Of a stretch of 64,000 nt of DNA, positions 27,292 through 36,556 are shown piece by piece. The notes beneath the pieces are model-generated. The model had not been told where the DNA came from, did no database searches, and saw only the letters and a list, made by a program, of their open reading frames with translations. The stretch's first letter is position 1. Each line of letters starts with the position of its first letter. A program made the translations under genes and the position numbers. Origin of the DNA: a virus. Its lineage: Duplodnaviria; Caudoviricetes. The stretch is from positions 32,001 through 96,000 of the IMG/VR virus record IMGVR_UViG_2510065065_000004; one strand, written 5' to 3'.

Positions 27292-27335
27292 TGATATCTC
27301 CTGCCCCTGCCGCCGGTTGCGGGTGTCGTGGGGCG
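27292..27335 (-). repeat. Duplicated structured leader/RBS, copy 2
   Basis: Immediately downstream of PL; precedes ATG 27290 (MSLDSTQIFILCLAAF..). Confidence 0.8.
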
Positions 27336-27343
27336 ATGTGGAG

Positions 27344-27387
27344 ATAAGATCACATATCGTGATCTTATTGTCAACACATTTCGTGAT
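27344..27387 (-). promoter_or_regulatory. PL promoter with OL operators
   Basis: TTGACA-N17-GATCTT on the minus strand; palindrome ATAAGATCAC-N5-GTGATCTTAT (27344-27368) plus a weaker ACAC-N5-GTGA. Confidence 0.8.
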
Positions 27388-27434
27388 TTTTGATTAAATT
27401 TTCTGCGTCGCACGAACATCGCTTGTTTAAGGCG

Positions 27435-27459
27435 AAAAAAACCCCCGCGCTGGCGGGGG
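27435..27459 (-). terminator. Rho-independent terminator of the cI operon
   Basis: CCCCCGC-GCTG-GCGGGGG hairpin with A7 on the left (U7 on minus strand). Confidence 0.75.
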
Positions 27460-27504
27460 AGGGGTGTTTTTAAAGGTTATGAGCCGTTTAACGGCAACTG
27501 GTGA

Positions 27505-27900
27505 TTAAGGCTGCTTGGCCGCCTGCGGCGGTGGCTGCAATGCCTGAGCAGGAACCTGGATGATGATTGGGGGGGACTGAGCCGGTAACGCTTGATAGCT
27601 CCCCTTGATGCTGCCGACCACGAAGCCGCCAACACCAAGAATGCCTGCAAAAAGGCCGATGACCGTAGCAAGCATCCATGTGCGGTTTTCTTTTTGAGCC
27701 TTCTCGAAATCAGCACGCAACTCACCCGCCGACTTGTTTAAGTCGGCCCGCAGTTCACCCGCCGACTTGTTTAAATCGGCTCGCAAGCTTTCAACATCGG
27801 CCTTGGTGGCAAGTGTTGGGATGATGGTTTCAAGTTGAACTATACGTGCTTCCATGCTGGCATCATGCGGCATAGTGGTTGCCACTGGCAAGCTACGCAT
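27505..27900 (-). CDS. Coiled-coil/TM protein (DUF1640-like)
   Basis: LATKADV, 33-bp repeat LRADLNKSAGE x2, TWMLATVIGLF TM; start may be MEARIV. Confidence 0.65.
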   Translation of the reverse strand: MRSLPVATTMPHDASMEARIVQLETIIPTLATKADVESLRADLNKSAGELRADLNKSAGELRADFEKAQKENRTWMLATVIGLFAGILGVGGFVVGSIKGSYQALPAQSPPIIIQVPAQALQPPPQAAKQP

Positions 27901-28432
27901 TCCCCCACGTCAACCACTGAGCCGTAACACGCTTGAACCAGGGCAGTTTGCGTGATGGGTGGTCCTTTAAATCGGCATAAGATCGCGTCACCTGGTTTTC
28001 ACATAAAATATCCAAGGCAACAAAGATCGGCGGTTCATCACTTTCTATCCCCAGGCGCTGTGCAGTCCAGGCAGAAATTTGTTCTTGCGTTGTGTCTGGA
28101 TGCTTGACGATGTCGGACTCAAGTTGAGAGAAGCGGCGGCGTAGGTCGCTATGGATACGGGCCATCTGTGCCGTTCCAGTCACCAGGTTAATGCTCGTGG
28201 CGATGGTGACGGTAACTGCTCCGGCAACAGCCATCCACTCTGCTGCGCACTTGCCGAACGAAGCAATGACGGCGGAAGCGCCCAATAGGCCAATAAAAGA
28301 ACTCAGCGTGTTGCAGCGGTCAAAGAACGCCATGCGGGAGGAGTGATAGCGCTGTGACTTTTGCACTCCCCACAGGAGTTCCCATCGCTTGGTATGCAAT
28401 TCAGTGTTGTTGGCGTCCATGTCCAACAGCAT
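27893..28432 (-). CDS. SLATT-like 2-TM protein co-transcribed with cI
   Basis: SQRYH..R..FFD, two TMs, H.DL.RRF..L, EPP. Confidence 0.6.
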   Translation of the reverse strand: MLLDMDANNTELHTKRWELLWGVQKSQRYHSSRMAFFDRCNTLSSFIGLLGASAVIASFGKCAAEWMAVAGAVTVTIATSINLVTGTAQMARIHSDLRRRFSQLESDIVKHPDTTQEQISAWTAQRLGIESDEPPIFVALDILCENQVTRSYADLKDHPSRKLPWFKRVTAQWLTWGNA

Positions 28433-28483
28433 AGCACTACCGTGTTGAAGAGGGTGGCGGCTCCTATATAGGTTTACGTGGAC

Positions 28484-29239
28484 CTACAATCCACCATCAC
28501 CGATCTTCATGATCACACGACCAAGAACACAAACCGTATCCATCTCTTTAGGAGGTACGACCTCGTCTTGGTAAATACGGCGGCCTTCCGAGTCCTTGTC
28601 CTGGTTGTCGCTGACGATACGCAAGCTATTGTCGCGCAAGGTGTAGAGCCGTTTAACCTTCGCCTCACCGCCAATGGCGATGGCGTACATTTTCCCGTCA
28701 CGGATACGGGTGTCATCGAAGTTCACCATCACGTGGTCATTATCGAACAGGGTGCGCTCCATGCTGTCGCCGTGCACTCGCATCAGCTTCACATCTTTTG
28801 GGTTGATATGGGAGCTGCGGAACCAAGGCAGGGGGAAGGGTGTTCGGAACTTTGTTTCAATGAATTCAGGAATTAGAAGACCGTTACCAGCGGAGAGTAT
28901 TACATCTACTTCGTCGATCAGCACATCAGCTTCTATATCCAAATCTCCATCTCCATCAATTGCTTGAACCTCGTACGCATCAAGTTTTACTGGCTTAGAG
29001 ATGGCTTGCACATCTTTAAGTGCATACCCTGGTGGTGTATCTCCTATAAGCTCTGCTTTGGTTACACGCAATGCGCGTGCAAGCATTTCAATGTCATTGA
29101 GCGATGGCTCACGGGCGCTACGGCCTCTTGATTCGTAATTAGCTATGCGACTTTGCCCCCAATCACAAGCGAGAGCTAGTTGTTCTTGGGTAAGTCTGCG
29201 TTCTTTTCGGATGCGGCGGAGGTTTTCAGGGAAGCTCAT
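28484..29239 (-). CDS. cI: CI repressor (XRE HTH plus S24 peptidase)
   Basis: LTQEQLA..QSRIANYES HTH; SAGNG cleavage site, GDSME, VKRL. Confidence 0.92.
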   Translation of the reverse strand: MSFPENLRRIRKERRLTQEQLALACDWGQSRIANYESRGRSAREPSLNDIEMLARALRVTKAELIGDTPPGYALKDVQAISKPVKLDAYEVQAIDGDGDLDIEADVLIDEVDVILSAGNGLLIPEFIETKFRTPFPLPWFRSSHINPKDVKLMRVHGDSMERTLFDNDHVMVNFDDTRIRDGKMYAIAIGGEAKVKRLYTLRDNSLRIVSDNQDKDSEGRRIYQDEVVPPKEMDTVCVLGRVIMKIGDGGL

Positions 29240-29250
29240 AGGGACATTAT

Positions 29251-29314
29251 TCACGATCTGTGATATTTATCTAACACGATTGGTGTTGACTGATAGATCA
29301 CGATATGTGATCTT
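29251..29314 (+). promoter_or_regulatory. OR operators and PR promoter
   Basis: Three CAC-N5-GTG sites (29251, 29273, 29295); TTGACT-N17-GATCTT, same architecture as PL. Confidence 0.8.
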
Positions 29315-29321
29315 ATGAGGC

Positions 29322-29558
29322 ATGAACGCTATTGACATCGCTGTTAAGGAATTCGGGAGTGTTAACGCGCTTGCTGCATCTCTTGGTGTAAGGCAGAGCG
29401 CGATTAGCAATTGGCGTGCTCGTGGCCGGGTGCCAGCGGAGAGATGCATCGTCATTGAACGCGTCACCAACGGCGCTGTTAGCCGCTATCAACTCCGCCC
29501 CGACATCTTCGGCGTTTCCCCCACAGACCACATGCAGGAGGTGTCCGATGCAGCCTAA
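29322..29558 (+). CDS. cro: Cro/YdaS-like regulator
   Basis: GSVNALAASLGVRQSAISNW..VP..LRPDIF; divergent from cI. Confidence 0.88.
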   Translation: MNAIDIAVKEFGSVNALAASLGVRQSAISNWRARGRVPAERCIVIERVTNGAVSRYQLRPDIFGVSPTDHMQEVSDAA

Positions 29559-29860
29559 ACCTGAGTTTTCAACTTCTTTTCTTTCCCGATTACCAAAGGT
29601 AGTGCGTCTCTGGTGGTTTCGATTACACAAACAACCGCACTGTGTGGAATGTGGAAAACGGTTGGCTGGGTTTGAATTTCTCCGGGCGGGGGTTGGCCTT
29701 CTAGAACTACTGAAAGGTAGTGGTTTTCCATGTCCACGTGCGTGCAAATCCAAAACGCGCGGCTGCCAAAACGGCCATCTTGGGGGCGAAATTTCCCGAT
29801 GATAAATTGGCTCAAGGCTACATTCGTATGCAGTACTACAACGAATACTTTTTCTTCCAT
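29555..29860 (-). CDS. Hypothetical antisense moron
   Basis: 101 aa with RBS GGAGA, convergent with cro. Confidence 0.55.
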   Translation of the reverse strand: MEEKVFVVVLHTNVALSQFIIGKFRPQDGRFGSRAFWICTHVDMENHYLSVVLEGQPPPGEIQTQPTVFHIPHSAVVCVIETTRDALPLVIGKEKKLKTQV

Positions 29861-29987
29861 GCCGATCTCCGGTAGTGATTTGGTTGATTGGAAACACCAA
29901 TTCTACCGGCAGGTTGGCTCCAACCCGATTTCGATGCGCTGTCCTCGATCTTTTCAATGACATTGAATAACCCTTGGTAATGAATCC

Positions 29988-30176
29988 ATGTATGCCGATC
30001 CAACCCACATTCGTAGCCACCCAGTGAAGGTGCGTTTTAACGATGCCGAGCGCAAATTGATCTTTGCGTTGGCTCAATACAACGGGATGCAACCGGCGGC
30101 GTTAGTTCGTGAATTGGCGTTATCGGTAGCCACTGCTGCGATAAAGAATGATAAGCGGCAAGCTGACGCGGCTTGA
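29988..30176 (+). CDS. Small RHH-like regulator (CII position)
   Basis: MYADPTHIRSHPVKVRFNDAE..QPAALVRE. Confidence 0.65.
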   Translation: MYADPTHIRSHPVKVRFNDAERKLIFALAQYNGMQPAALVRELALSVATAAIKNDKRQADAA

Positions 30177-30421
30177 AGTGTCTAACCAGGCCCTTTGGAG
30201 GCCCTGTGGAAATTGATCTAAGCCCTGCTGATCGAAAAATATTTGAGCAATACGCACAAATCTATGGACTGGCTTGTGTTGATGAAGCGGTAGAACACGC
30301 AGCAAAACAAGCACTAAAGGACGCTTATCTGTTACGGGCCAAGAATGGGCATTCGCCTCTTGGAGAAGGCGTGGTGCTTTATTTGAAGGGACTTAAAAAG
30401 CCCTCAAGGAATCAAGAATGA
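30173..30421 (+). CDS. Hypothetical protein
   Basis: 82 aa coupled to previous gene; start uncertain. Confidence 0.5.
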   Translation: MKCLTRPFGGPVEIDLSPADRKIFEQYAQIYGLACVDEAVEHAAKQALKDAYLLRAKNGHSPLGEGVVLYLKGLKKPSRNQE

Positions 30422-30490
30422 AAGCAAGCGCTAACACCGTGAGCTTGACCCGTATGAATGACCGTAAGAGGAAAGGTTGTTATGTATATC

Positions 30491-30787
30491 TCAGTGGTTC
30501 CCTTTGATGACCCTGTAGGCAGCCTCGTTGGCGAGGGCAACAAGCGCCTTATTATCGATATTGCGGCCGGTCCTCCGGCACCAGGCAACGAAGTCAGCGG
30601 ATCGTATCTCGGCCTTGACGGTCCTGATGCCCTGGTCATTGAGGCGTTTGAAGTGTTGCTCCGCAGCGGCTTCCCATTCAGCGTACGTCCGATGCCAACG
30701 GCGCTCGGGAAGGATGGGCTTGAATGACTCGTAATCGTCTTCTTTAAACCATGCAAAGCCTGAGACTTGGATTTTCCCTTCTTGCAT
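30491..30787 (-). CDS. Hypothetical antisense moron
   Basis: MQEGKIQVSGFAWFKEDDY..; RBS AGGAGG; flanked by 14-bp direct repeats. Confidence 0.6.
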   Translation of the reverse strand: MQEGKIQVSGFAWFKEDDYESFKPILPERRWHRTYAEWEAAAEQHFKRLNDQGIRTVKAEIRSADFVAWCRRTGRNIDNKALVALANEAAYRVIKGNH

Positions 30788-30957
30788 TGCTGCCCTCCTT
30801 ACGGGCTGTCGTTGTGGTGACAACAGTTTACCGCAGGGCGGGCAGCATCTTTTTTCTATACAGATTTCATCCGCTGGAACAAGGCGCGCAATGCGTACTG
30901 ATTTTGATGAGCAGATGCAGGCGCTTTTTCGCCGACAGTCACGGTGACAGCGTGAGC

Positions 30958-31054
30958 TTGACCCACATTCACCGCTGCGGTACCGTCGCCGGTAAGGAGC
31001 TTAGAAACTCCGAGAAAGCAGCGGTATCCGCACTCGTCAGCTCGCGGATTTTTT
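30958..31054 (+). promoter_or_regulatory. immI-type promoter, a1/b1 targets and attenuator
   Basis: TTGACC-N17-TACCGT; a1 TTAGAAAC 31001, b1 AAAGCAG 31015; hairpin ATCCGC..GCGGAT followed by a T run. Confidence 0.65.
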
Positions 31055-31072
31055 GTGCCTGTACGTTTTTAC

Positions 31073-31151
31073 GTCGGGAGGCAGCAGCTATACAACACCC
31101 GCAAGGGGAAAGCTGCTGGCCGGTCTGCTTTCCGGTTTCTAACCTCCCGAC
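31073..31151 (+). ncRNA. C4-type antisense RNA (P1 c4/P4 CI-like)
   Basis: Closing stem GTCGGGAGG/CCTCCCGAC; unpaired CTGCTTT and GTTTCTAA complementary to targets on both sides. Confidence 0.75.
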
Positions 31152-31215
31152 ATTCTCGGGTCGGCGCTTAGAAACGTCTCCCCGAGATCACCTCTCAAAA
31201 GCAGGAGACATTTTT

Positions 31216-31791
31216 ATGTCGCAGTCCATTATTCCGTTCGATTTTCATTCTCACGCTGTGCGCGTTGTGATGCGCGATGGCAATCCGTGGTTTGTTGCTA
31301 CCGATGTAATGGGGGCTTTGGATTACGCAGCAACCAGCAATCCGGCTCGTGTCACTGAGCACATCCCCAGTGAATGGAAGGGTGTGAATCCGATTCACAC
31401 CCTTGGCGGCGAGCAAAAACTGTTGTGCTTAGCCGAACCTGGTTTGTACTTCTTTCTTGGCCGCAGTGATAAACCAAAGGCCCTGCCATTCCAGAAGTGG
31501 TTAGCTGGCGAAGTCCTGCCCTCAATCCGCAAGACGGGGAGCTACTCAGCTTCGCACTCTCCTGCTGTCACTTTGACAGAAGTAGAGGCATTCCGTTTGT
31601 ACGCACTGCTGAGGATGGTCGCGGGGCATCTGTCACGGGAACGCATTGAACCGATTGAACAAGCCTTGCGCTTGATGCATTCGCCGTTAGCCGGTGCGGT
31701 GAGTGATCTGTGGCGGGAGGTAGGGCCGCGGGCTAAGCGCATGGAGAATCTCGCTGGGCGTTGCCGCAGTGCCTTATACCGGTTGCGCTAA
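31216..31791 (+). CDS. BRO-N antirepressor
   Basis: PFDFHSHAVRVV..PWFVATDV..EPGLY..RSDKPKALPFQKW..EVLPSIRKTG. Confidence 0.85.
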   Translation: MSQSIIPFDFHSHAVRVVMRDGNPWFVATDVMGALDYAATSNPARVTEHIPSEWKGVNPIHTLGGEQKLLCLAEPGLYFFLGRSDKPKALPFQKWLAGEVLPSIRKTGSYSASHSPAVTLTEVEAFRLYALLRMVAGHLSRERIEPIEQALRLMHSPLAGAVSDLWREVGPRAKRMENLAGRCRSALYRLR

Positions 31792-31926
31792 GCCATCCGG
31801 CTGTCTGTCTGGCCGTACTCCTTAATTAGTAAGGAGTGACCCTCGCATTGCTAAACCACCCCCGCAGTTAAAAAAGGGCGGGCTGAGGGGGTGACCTCAA
31901 CTCGCCCTGAATAAAGGAAAATAAGG

Positions 31927-34458
31927 ATGAAGAATGATTCTATCACAATCCTAAAACACCCCGTAAATACCCTCGCCAAAACATGGTGCGCTGATGGCAC
32001 GGTGAAAGCCTACGACAACGCCAAGTTCTTCGAGGTGGAGCAACGACCGCTCAACAATAGCCGCGAGCTGTCTGCCCTGCTCACGGAGCTGGAGCATAAC
32101 CGGCATGCCTGTGTCATCCGTGGCGTGTATGTGGGCGATACCAAAGCCGCTGCGCTTGATACAGAGTTCCAGAAAGGAAAAGCACGGCGCATTGCCGAGC
32201 TGTACGAGGATATCCCGCATCACTGGATGCTCGTTGAGATCGATAACTTCGAGCCACTGCGCCGCGATCCGGTCACCGATCCGGTGGGGAGTATCTACGA
32301 GTTCATCCACGCGCATCTTCCCGATGTCTTCGCAGGTGCGGACTACCATTGGCAGTTATCCAGTAGCGCGGGGCGGCCTGGGAGTGAAGGGAAGCTAAAG
32401 GCTCATGTGTGGTTTTGGCTGCATACGCCGTACACCAGCGCACAGCTCAAAGCCTGGGCCACTGCCTGCGCTCCAGCCCTAGACGCTTCTGTATTTAATA
32501 CGGTGCAAATCCACTACACCGCCGCCCCTGTGTTTGAAGCCGGTGTGGCCGATCCAGTGCCAGTGCGTAGCGGCTTTGTGCAAGGGTTTATTGATGATTG
32601 TGTATTGCTGGAGATTGATGCAGAGATATTGGAAAGCGCCAAGAGTGAAGGCAAACCCAGCCGCCAACACAAGCTCATGGTTGCGGCGGCTAACGACCCT
32701 GTGGCTGTGCGTCTTGAAGAACGCGGGATGATCTTATCGACCGGCAAGGGCGGTGAACTCTTTATCGAATGCCCCTTGGCTAAGCAGCATACGCAAGCCT
32801 CTAACCCCACCGCCACGGTGTACTACCCCGCACATACCGGAGGCTATGCCAATGGCGCGTTTGTATGCCAGCACGCTCACTGCCGAGGGTTGCCACAAAC
32901 GGCGTTTCTACACGAGATAGGAATCTATTCCGATGAGGAAATGCTAGCCATGTTCGAGGACCTCACGGACGAGCCTGCCACGCTAGCCATTGAGCGGCAC
33001 GACGTGCCCGAAGCGCTGTACCTAACCACCGACAAAGCGAACGCAGTGCGGATTGCCAAGCACTACGGCAAACGGATCATGGTGTCTGCTGAGCGCTGGT
33101 TCGTCTGGGAAGGCACCCACTGGGCGCATGATACGGATGCAGCACGCCTGCTAACGTTAAAACTCTCCAAAATCATTCACGGCGAAGTGGAGCAATGGCG
33201 CACCAAACGCGCCGACACAGAGAAGGAGAAAAGCAAAAACGCAAAGATCGCCGCTGCACTGGAGGCATGGGGCAAGAAGTCGGAAATGCGCAGCACTGTT
33301 GAGGCGGCGATGGCGCTGGCCAAAAGTATGTTGGTCGTGAAAGCGGAACGGCTGGACACGGACCCCTGGCTATTGAACTGTGCCAATGGCACCGTGGACC
33401 TGCGCACCGGAACGCTCAAAGCGCATCGCCCAGAGGACTACATTACGCGGGTCGTTCCCGTTAACTACACGCCGGATGCCGCTGCACCTGTGTTTAGAAA
33501 GACACTGGAACGCATCACCTGCGAAGAGGGGCAGGCCCAGCAGCCACTCAGTGACTTCCTGCAACGCTGGTTCGGCTACTGTGCCACCGGCTCGGTGCGT
33601 GAGCACAAGCTCGCCGTGATGTACGGGATGGGTCGCAATGGGAAAAGCACGTTGCTGGACCTAATCTCGGGGATTCTTGGCGCTTACGCAAGCGCGGCAG
33701 CCCCTGGGTTGCTGATGGACGGCGGCCACGACCGGCACCCCGCCGAGATCGCTAAGCTTTTCGGGCAGCGCATGGTGACGGTGAATGAAACCAGCGAAGG
33801 CGGCGTATTGCGTGAAGGCTTCGTCAAGCAGGCTACTGGCGGCGATACGCTCACTGCGCGCTACTTGTACGGCGATTTCTTCGACTTCAAACCCACGCAC
33901 AAGCTGCAACTGCTGACTAACCATAAGCCTGTCATCAAAGGGCAGGACGTGGGCATCTGGAGTCGCATCATGCTCATCCCGTTTAAAGCGCGCTTCGGCA
34001 CCGCTGAAGAGGTAGAGGCGGGGATCGCCCAATACCCCATAGACCATAAGATCACTGAGAAGCTGGCCGCTGAGCGAGAAGGCGTCTTGGCGTGGGTTAT
34101 CGCTGGTGCCGTGGAGTGGTATCGGGACGGGCTGAACCCTCCGGAGATTGTGCGGGACGCTTCCAAGGACTATCAGACGGAGCAGGATCGCATTGCCCAG
34201 TTCATTGCTGAGGAGTGCGTATTAGGGATGGAGCACGAGGAGAAACTAACCGCGCCAATGGGTGGCGGCTTGTACCCCGCCTATACGCAATGGTGTAAAG
34301 AAAGTGGTGTTTACGCGCTATCCAAAGTCCGTTTTCTTGGCGAATTGGAGCGGTGCGTGCCGAAGTTTAGGAATAAACGGGTGGCCAGAACGGTTGACGG
34401 AAAGCGACGCGAGCTAGTGGTCATCCAAGGGATTGGGTTAATAGACGCTGGTATATAA
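31927..34458 (+). CDS. P4/D5-family primase-helicase
   Basis: LNCANGTVDL, YGMGRNGKST Walker A, KQATGGD, TNHKP. Confidence 0.9.
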   Translation: MKNDSITILKHPVNTLAKTWCADGTVKAYDNAKFFEVEQRPLNNSRELSALLTELEHNRHACVIRGVYVGDTKAAALDTEFQKGKARRIAELYEDIPHHWMLVEIDNFEPLRRDPVTDPVGSIYEFIHAHLPDVFAGADYHWQLSSSAGRPGSEGKLKAHVWFWLHTPYTSAQLKAWATACAPALDASVFNTVQIHYTAAPVFEAGVADPVPVRSGFVQGFIDDCVLLEIDAEILESAKSEGKPSRQHKLMVAAANDPVAVRLEERGMILSTGKGGELFIECPLAKQHTQASNPTATVYYPAHTGGYANGAFVCQHAHCRGLPQTAFLHEIGIYSDEEMLAMFEDLTDEPATLAIERHDVPEALYLTTDKANAVRIAKHYGKRIMVSAERWFVWEGTHWAHDTDAARLLTLKLSKIIHGEVEQWRTKRADTEKEKSKNAKIAAALEAWGKKSEMRSTVEAAMALAKSMLVVKAERLDTDPWLLNCANGTVDLRTGTLKAHRPEDYITRVVPVNYTPDAAAPVFRKTLERITCEEGQAQQPLSDFLQRWFGYCATGSVREHKLAVMYGMGRNGKSTLLDLISGILGAYASAAAPGLLMDGGHDRHPAEIAKLFGQRMVTVNETSEGGVLREGFVKQATGGDTLTARYLYGDFFDFKPTHKLQLLTNHKPVIKGQDVGIWSRIMLIPFKARFGTAEEVEAGIAQYPIDHKITEKLAAEREGVLAWVIAGAVEWYRDGLNPPEIVRDASKDYQTEQDRIAQFIAEECVLGMEHEEKLTAPMGGGLYPAYTQWCKESGVYALSKVRFLGELERCVPKFRNKRVARTVDGKRRELVVIQGIGLIDAGI

Positions 34459-34600
34459 CGAAAAGTAGTGCAGCACCCTCTACATCTCGCAAATGGCTGT
34501 TAGCGGGATGCCGAGGGTGTTGTTCGTTTTTGGGGTGGTGAATCTGCAAACGCTGCGGGTTTGATGAAATCTGCAAAATTTTACGCGTTAATTTCGCCCA

Positions 34601-34730
34601 GGGTGTGGGGCGTGTGGGGTTTGTTTAGCCCTTTTTTACTACCTCGTCCCAACTCATTGTATAAAAAATATACAGTGTATATAGGGAGAAAGGGGAAAAC
34701 GATAGAAAACGACCCACACTCCCCACACCC
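34601..34730. other. Candidate replication origin
   Basis: Inverted repeats GGGTGTGGGGCGTGTGGGGT / GACCCACACTCCCCACACCC around an AT-rich core, right after the primase. Confidence 0.5.
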
Positions 34731-35157
34731 CTAATTGGCACCCCATCCCCGCACCGTACATCCAGCCATTGCCACCCCGACGGTAGAAAGCGCCACCGTC
34801 TCGCTTAACAAGCTGACCCCGCTTGCGATCGTGTTTGCCGCTTCGATGGCAACTCCGCGTGCGCCTATGTTGATAGTCCGTTTTCGTTTAGCGAAAATAA
34901 CTTTTAAATCAATAACTTGAGATTTTTATGGGTGAATTGACTGGAATAAATGCTGATTTAGCCCAGCTTGTTCGGCTGGCGCTCGGACGCGGCTCGAAGC
35001 CCCCTCAGACGGAGCAGGATCGTATTATCCCCTCGCGCCCGTACATCTAGCCACTGCCCCCCGACGGAAGAAAGCGTCGCTGCATCACCCAATAATCTTC
35101 TTTACAATCAATGGGTTATACTAGTCCCCATGTTTTTTTGTGATGGGTGAGTGACCA

Positions 35158-35775
35158 ATGCAAACAACATGCTTTCTGCAACGCTCCAATCCGCCTCGCT
35201 TGCTGGCGCGTTTGCCTTTGGGTGGGAAGCCCTCCGTTGCGAGATGTGGGGATGCGGTAGGGGTTGGGGTGAGGCCCGCCGTCGCTACCAGGTTGCCTGC
35301 CAGTGTGCAGGAGTTGGCGGATGTCATCGGACGGGAGCAAGCGTTAACCCTGATTGGTCAGTTGCCGCGTACGTATCCCAAAGGCCGCCGCAGTGGCAAG
35401 GTGATTTTGTATGTCCCTAAGGTTTTGTCACCCCATCACCGATTGGTATCCATTCTGGGATGGGGGGATGCACAAAAGCTGGTGGATGTTTTCGGTGGGG
35501 AGATTTTGCAGCCAGCCAATTGCAATTGCATTGCCCGCCATGCGCGGGATTGTGCTGTTGTGGGGCTTTTGCGTAGTGGTGTGCCCTTGGATGTCATTGC
35601 CGCGATATTTGGGATCAGTGTCAGGCACGTCAGGAATTTCGCTGGGGGTAGTCCCTGGCACCCGTCACGGAAAACCTGTCACAGGACGTGCGCCGAGGAG
35701 ACGCGCAGGATGAGCGGCAATGAATGTCTCCGGGACGTGTCATGCAGACCATTGGTGAAGAAGGCATTGCACTGA
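35158..35775 (+). CDS. Mor/C-family late transcription activator (true start probably further in)
   Basis: [21 protein letters not shown]-terminal [16 protein letters not shown]; precedes lysis genes. Confidence 0.7.
   Translation: MQTTCFLQRSNPPRLLARLPLGGKPSVARCGDAVGVGVRPAVATRLPASVQELADVIGREQALTLIGQLPRTYPKGRRSGKVILYVPKVLSPHHRLVSILGWGDAQKLVDVFGGEILQPANCNCIARHARDCAVVGLLRSGVPLDVIAAIFGISVRHVRNFAGGSPWHPSRKTCHRTCAEETRRMSGNECLRDVSCRPLVKKALH
35669..35711 (+). promoter_or_regulatory. Late promoter motif copy 1 (lysis)
   Basis: GGAAAACCTGTCACAGGAC-N18-CAGGAT. Confidence 0.6.
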
Positions 35776-36234
35776 TCAAATTTTTGAGGTTGCAAGTTGA
35801 ACCCGTACACCTGTCCTGGTGGAGTGTTGACGATTGGCTACGGCGAGACGGGCAAGCACGTTGTGCCTGATATGTGTCTTGCCAATGAGCAGGAAGCGGA
35901 TGCGATGTTACGTGCACGCTTAGCCAAAGAGTTTGAACCGGCGGTGCGGCGTGATGTGCGTGTGCCACTGAAGCAACAGCAGTTTGATGCGTTGGTGTCG
36001 TTGAGCTTCAACATTGGTACGGGTGCGTTCCACAGCTCGACGCTGTTACGCAAGCTCAATGCCGGTGATGTGGCTGGTGCGGCGGAGCAGTTTCATGTGT
36101 GGAAATGGGCGGGGGGCAGTATCCAGTCGGGTTTAATCATCAGACGTGCCGCCGAACGTGCATTGTTTGAAGGCAGTGACTGGCGTGCTGAAGAGAAGCA
36201 ACGGCGTGCTGCTTTAAAGGGTCGCCGTGATTGA
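35742..36234 (+). pseudogene. GH24 lysozyme, frameshifted at ~35781-35790 as sequenced
   Basis: [14 protein letters not shown] continues as CKLNPYTCPGGVLTIGYG only if two bases are added; QQFDALVSLSFNIG. Confidence 0.75.
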
Positions 36235-36556
36235 TCCCTCGAGCATGATGTCCTGGTGGAAAGAAGCGTTTTACACGTGCCTTGCGATGGTGGCAGGGAT
36301 ACTTGGCTACCTGATGCGTTCTCTAGACAACGGTGAGAAACCAACCTGGGCGCGTGTGCTGATCGAAGCCAGTGCGGCGGGGCTGGTGGGGCTGTTTGCG
36401 ATGTGGGTGTGTGAGTCTCTGGAGTTAAGCCAGCAACTGACAGCCGTCACTGTGGGGGTGTTTGGTTGGCTTGGAGCCTCTGCCAGTTTAGACCTAATTC
36501 AAAGCTTCATAGTCCCCAAAGTGGGGGGTGGGAGAAGGAGTTCGGATGATCGTTAA
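36227..36556 (+). CDS. Holin (3 TM)
   Basis: Three hydrophobic segments, GVFGWLGA, charged tail, within the lysis cassette. Confidence 0.8.
   Translation: MIDPSSMMSWWKEAFYTCLAMVAGILGYLMRSLDNGEKPTWARVLIEASAAGLVGLFAMWVCESLELSQQLTAVTVGVFGWLGASASLDLIQSFIVPKVGGGRRSSDDR

Noticed and set aside
26754-27419. 221-aa minus-strand ORF as a full protein
   Set aside because: Its start lies upstream of PL; only the part from ATG 27290 has an RBS, and the rest is antisense to the 26736-27173 gene
29313-30092. 259-aa minus-strand ORF spanning cro
   Set aside because: Overlaps three better-supported genes and has no recognisable features
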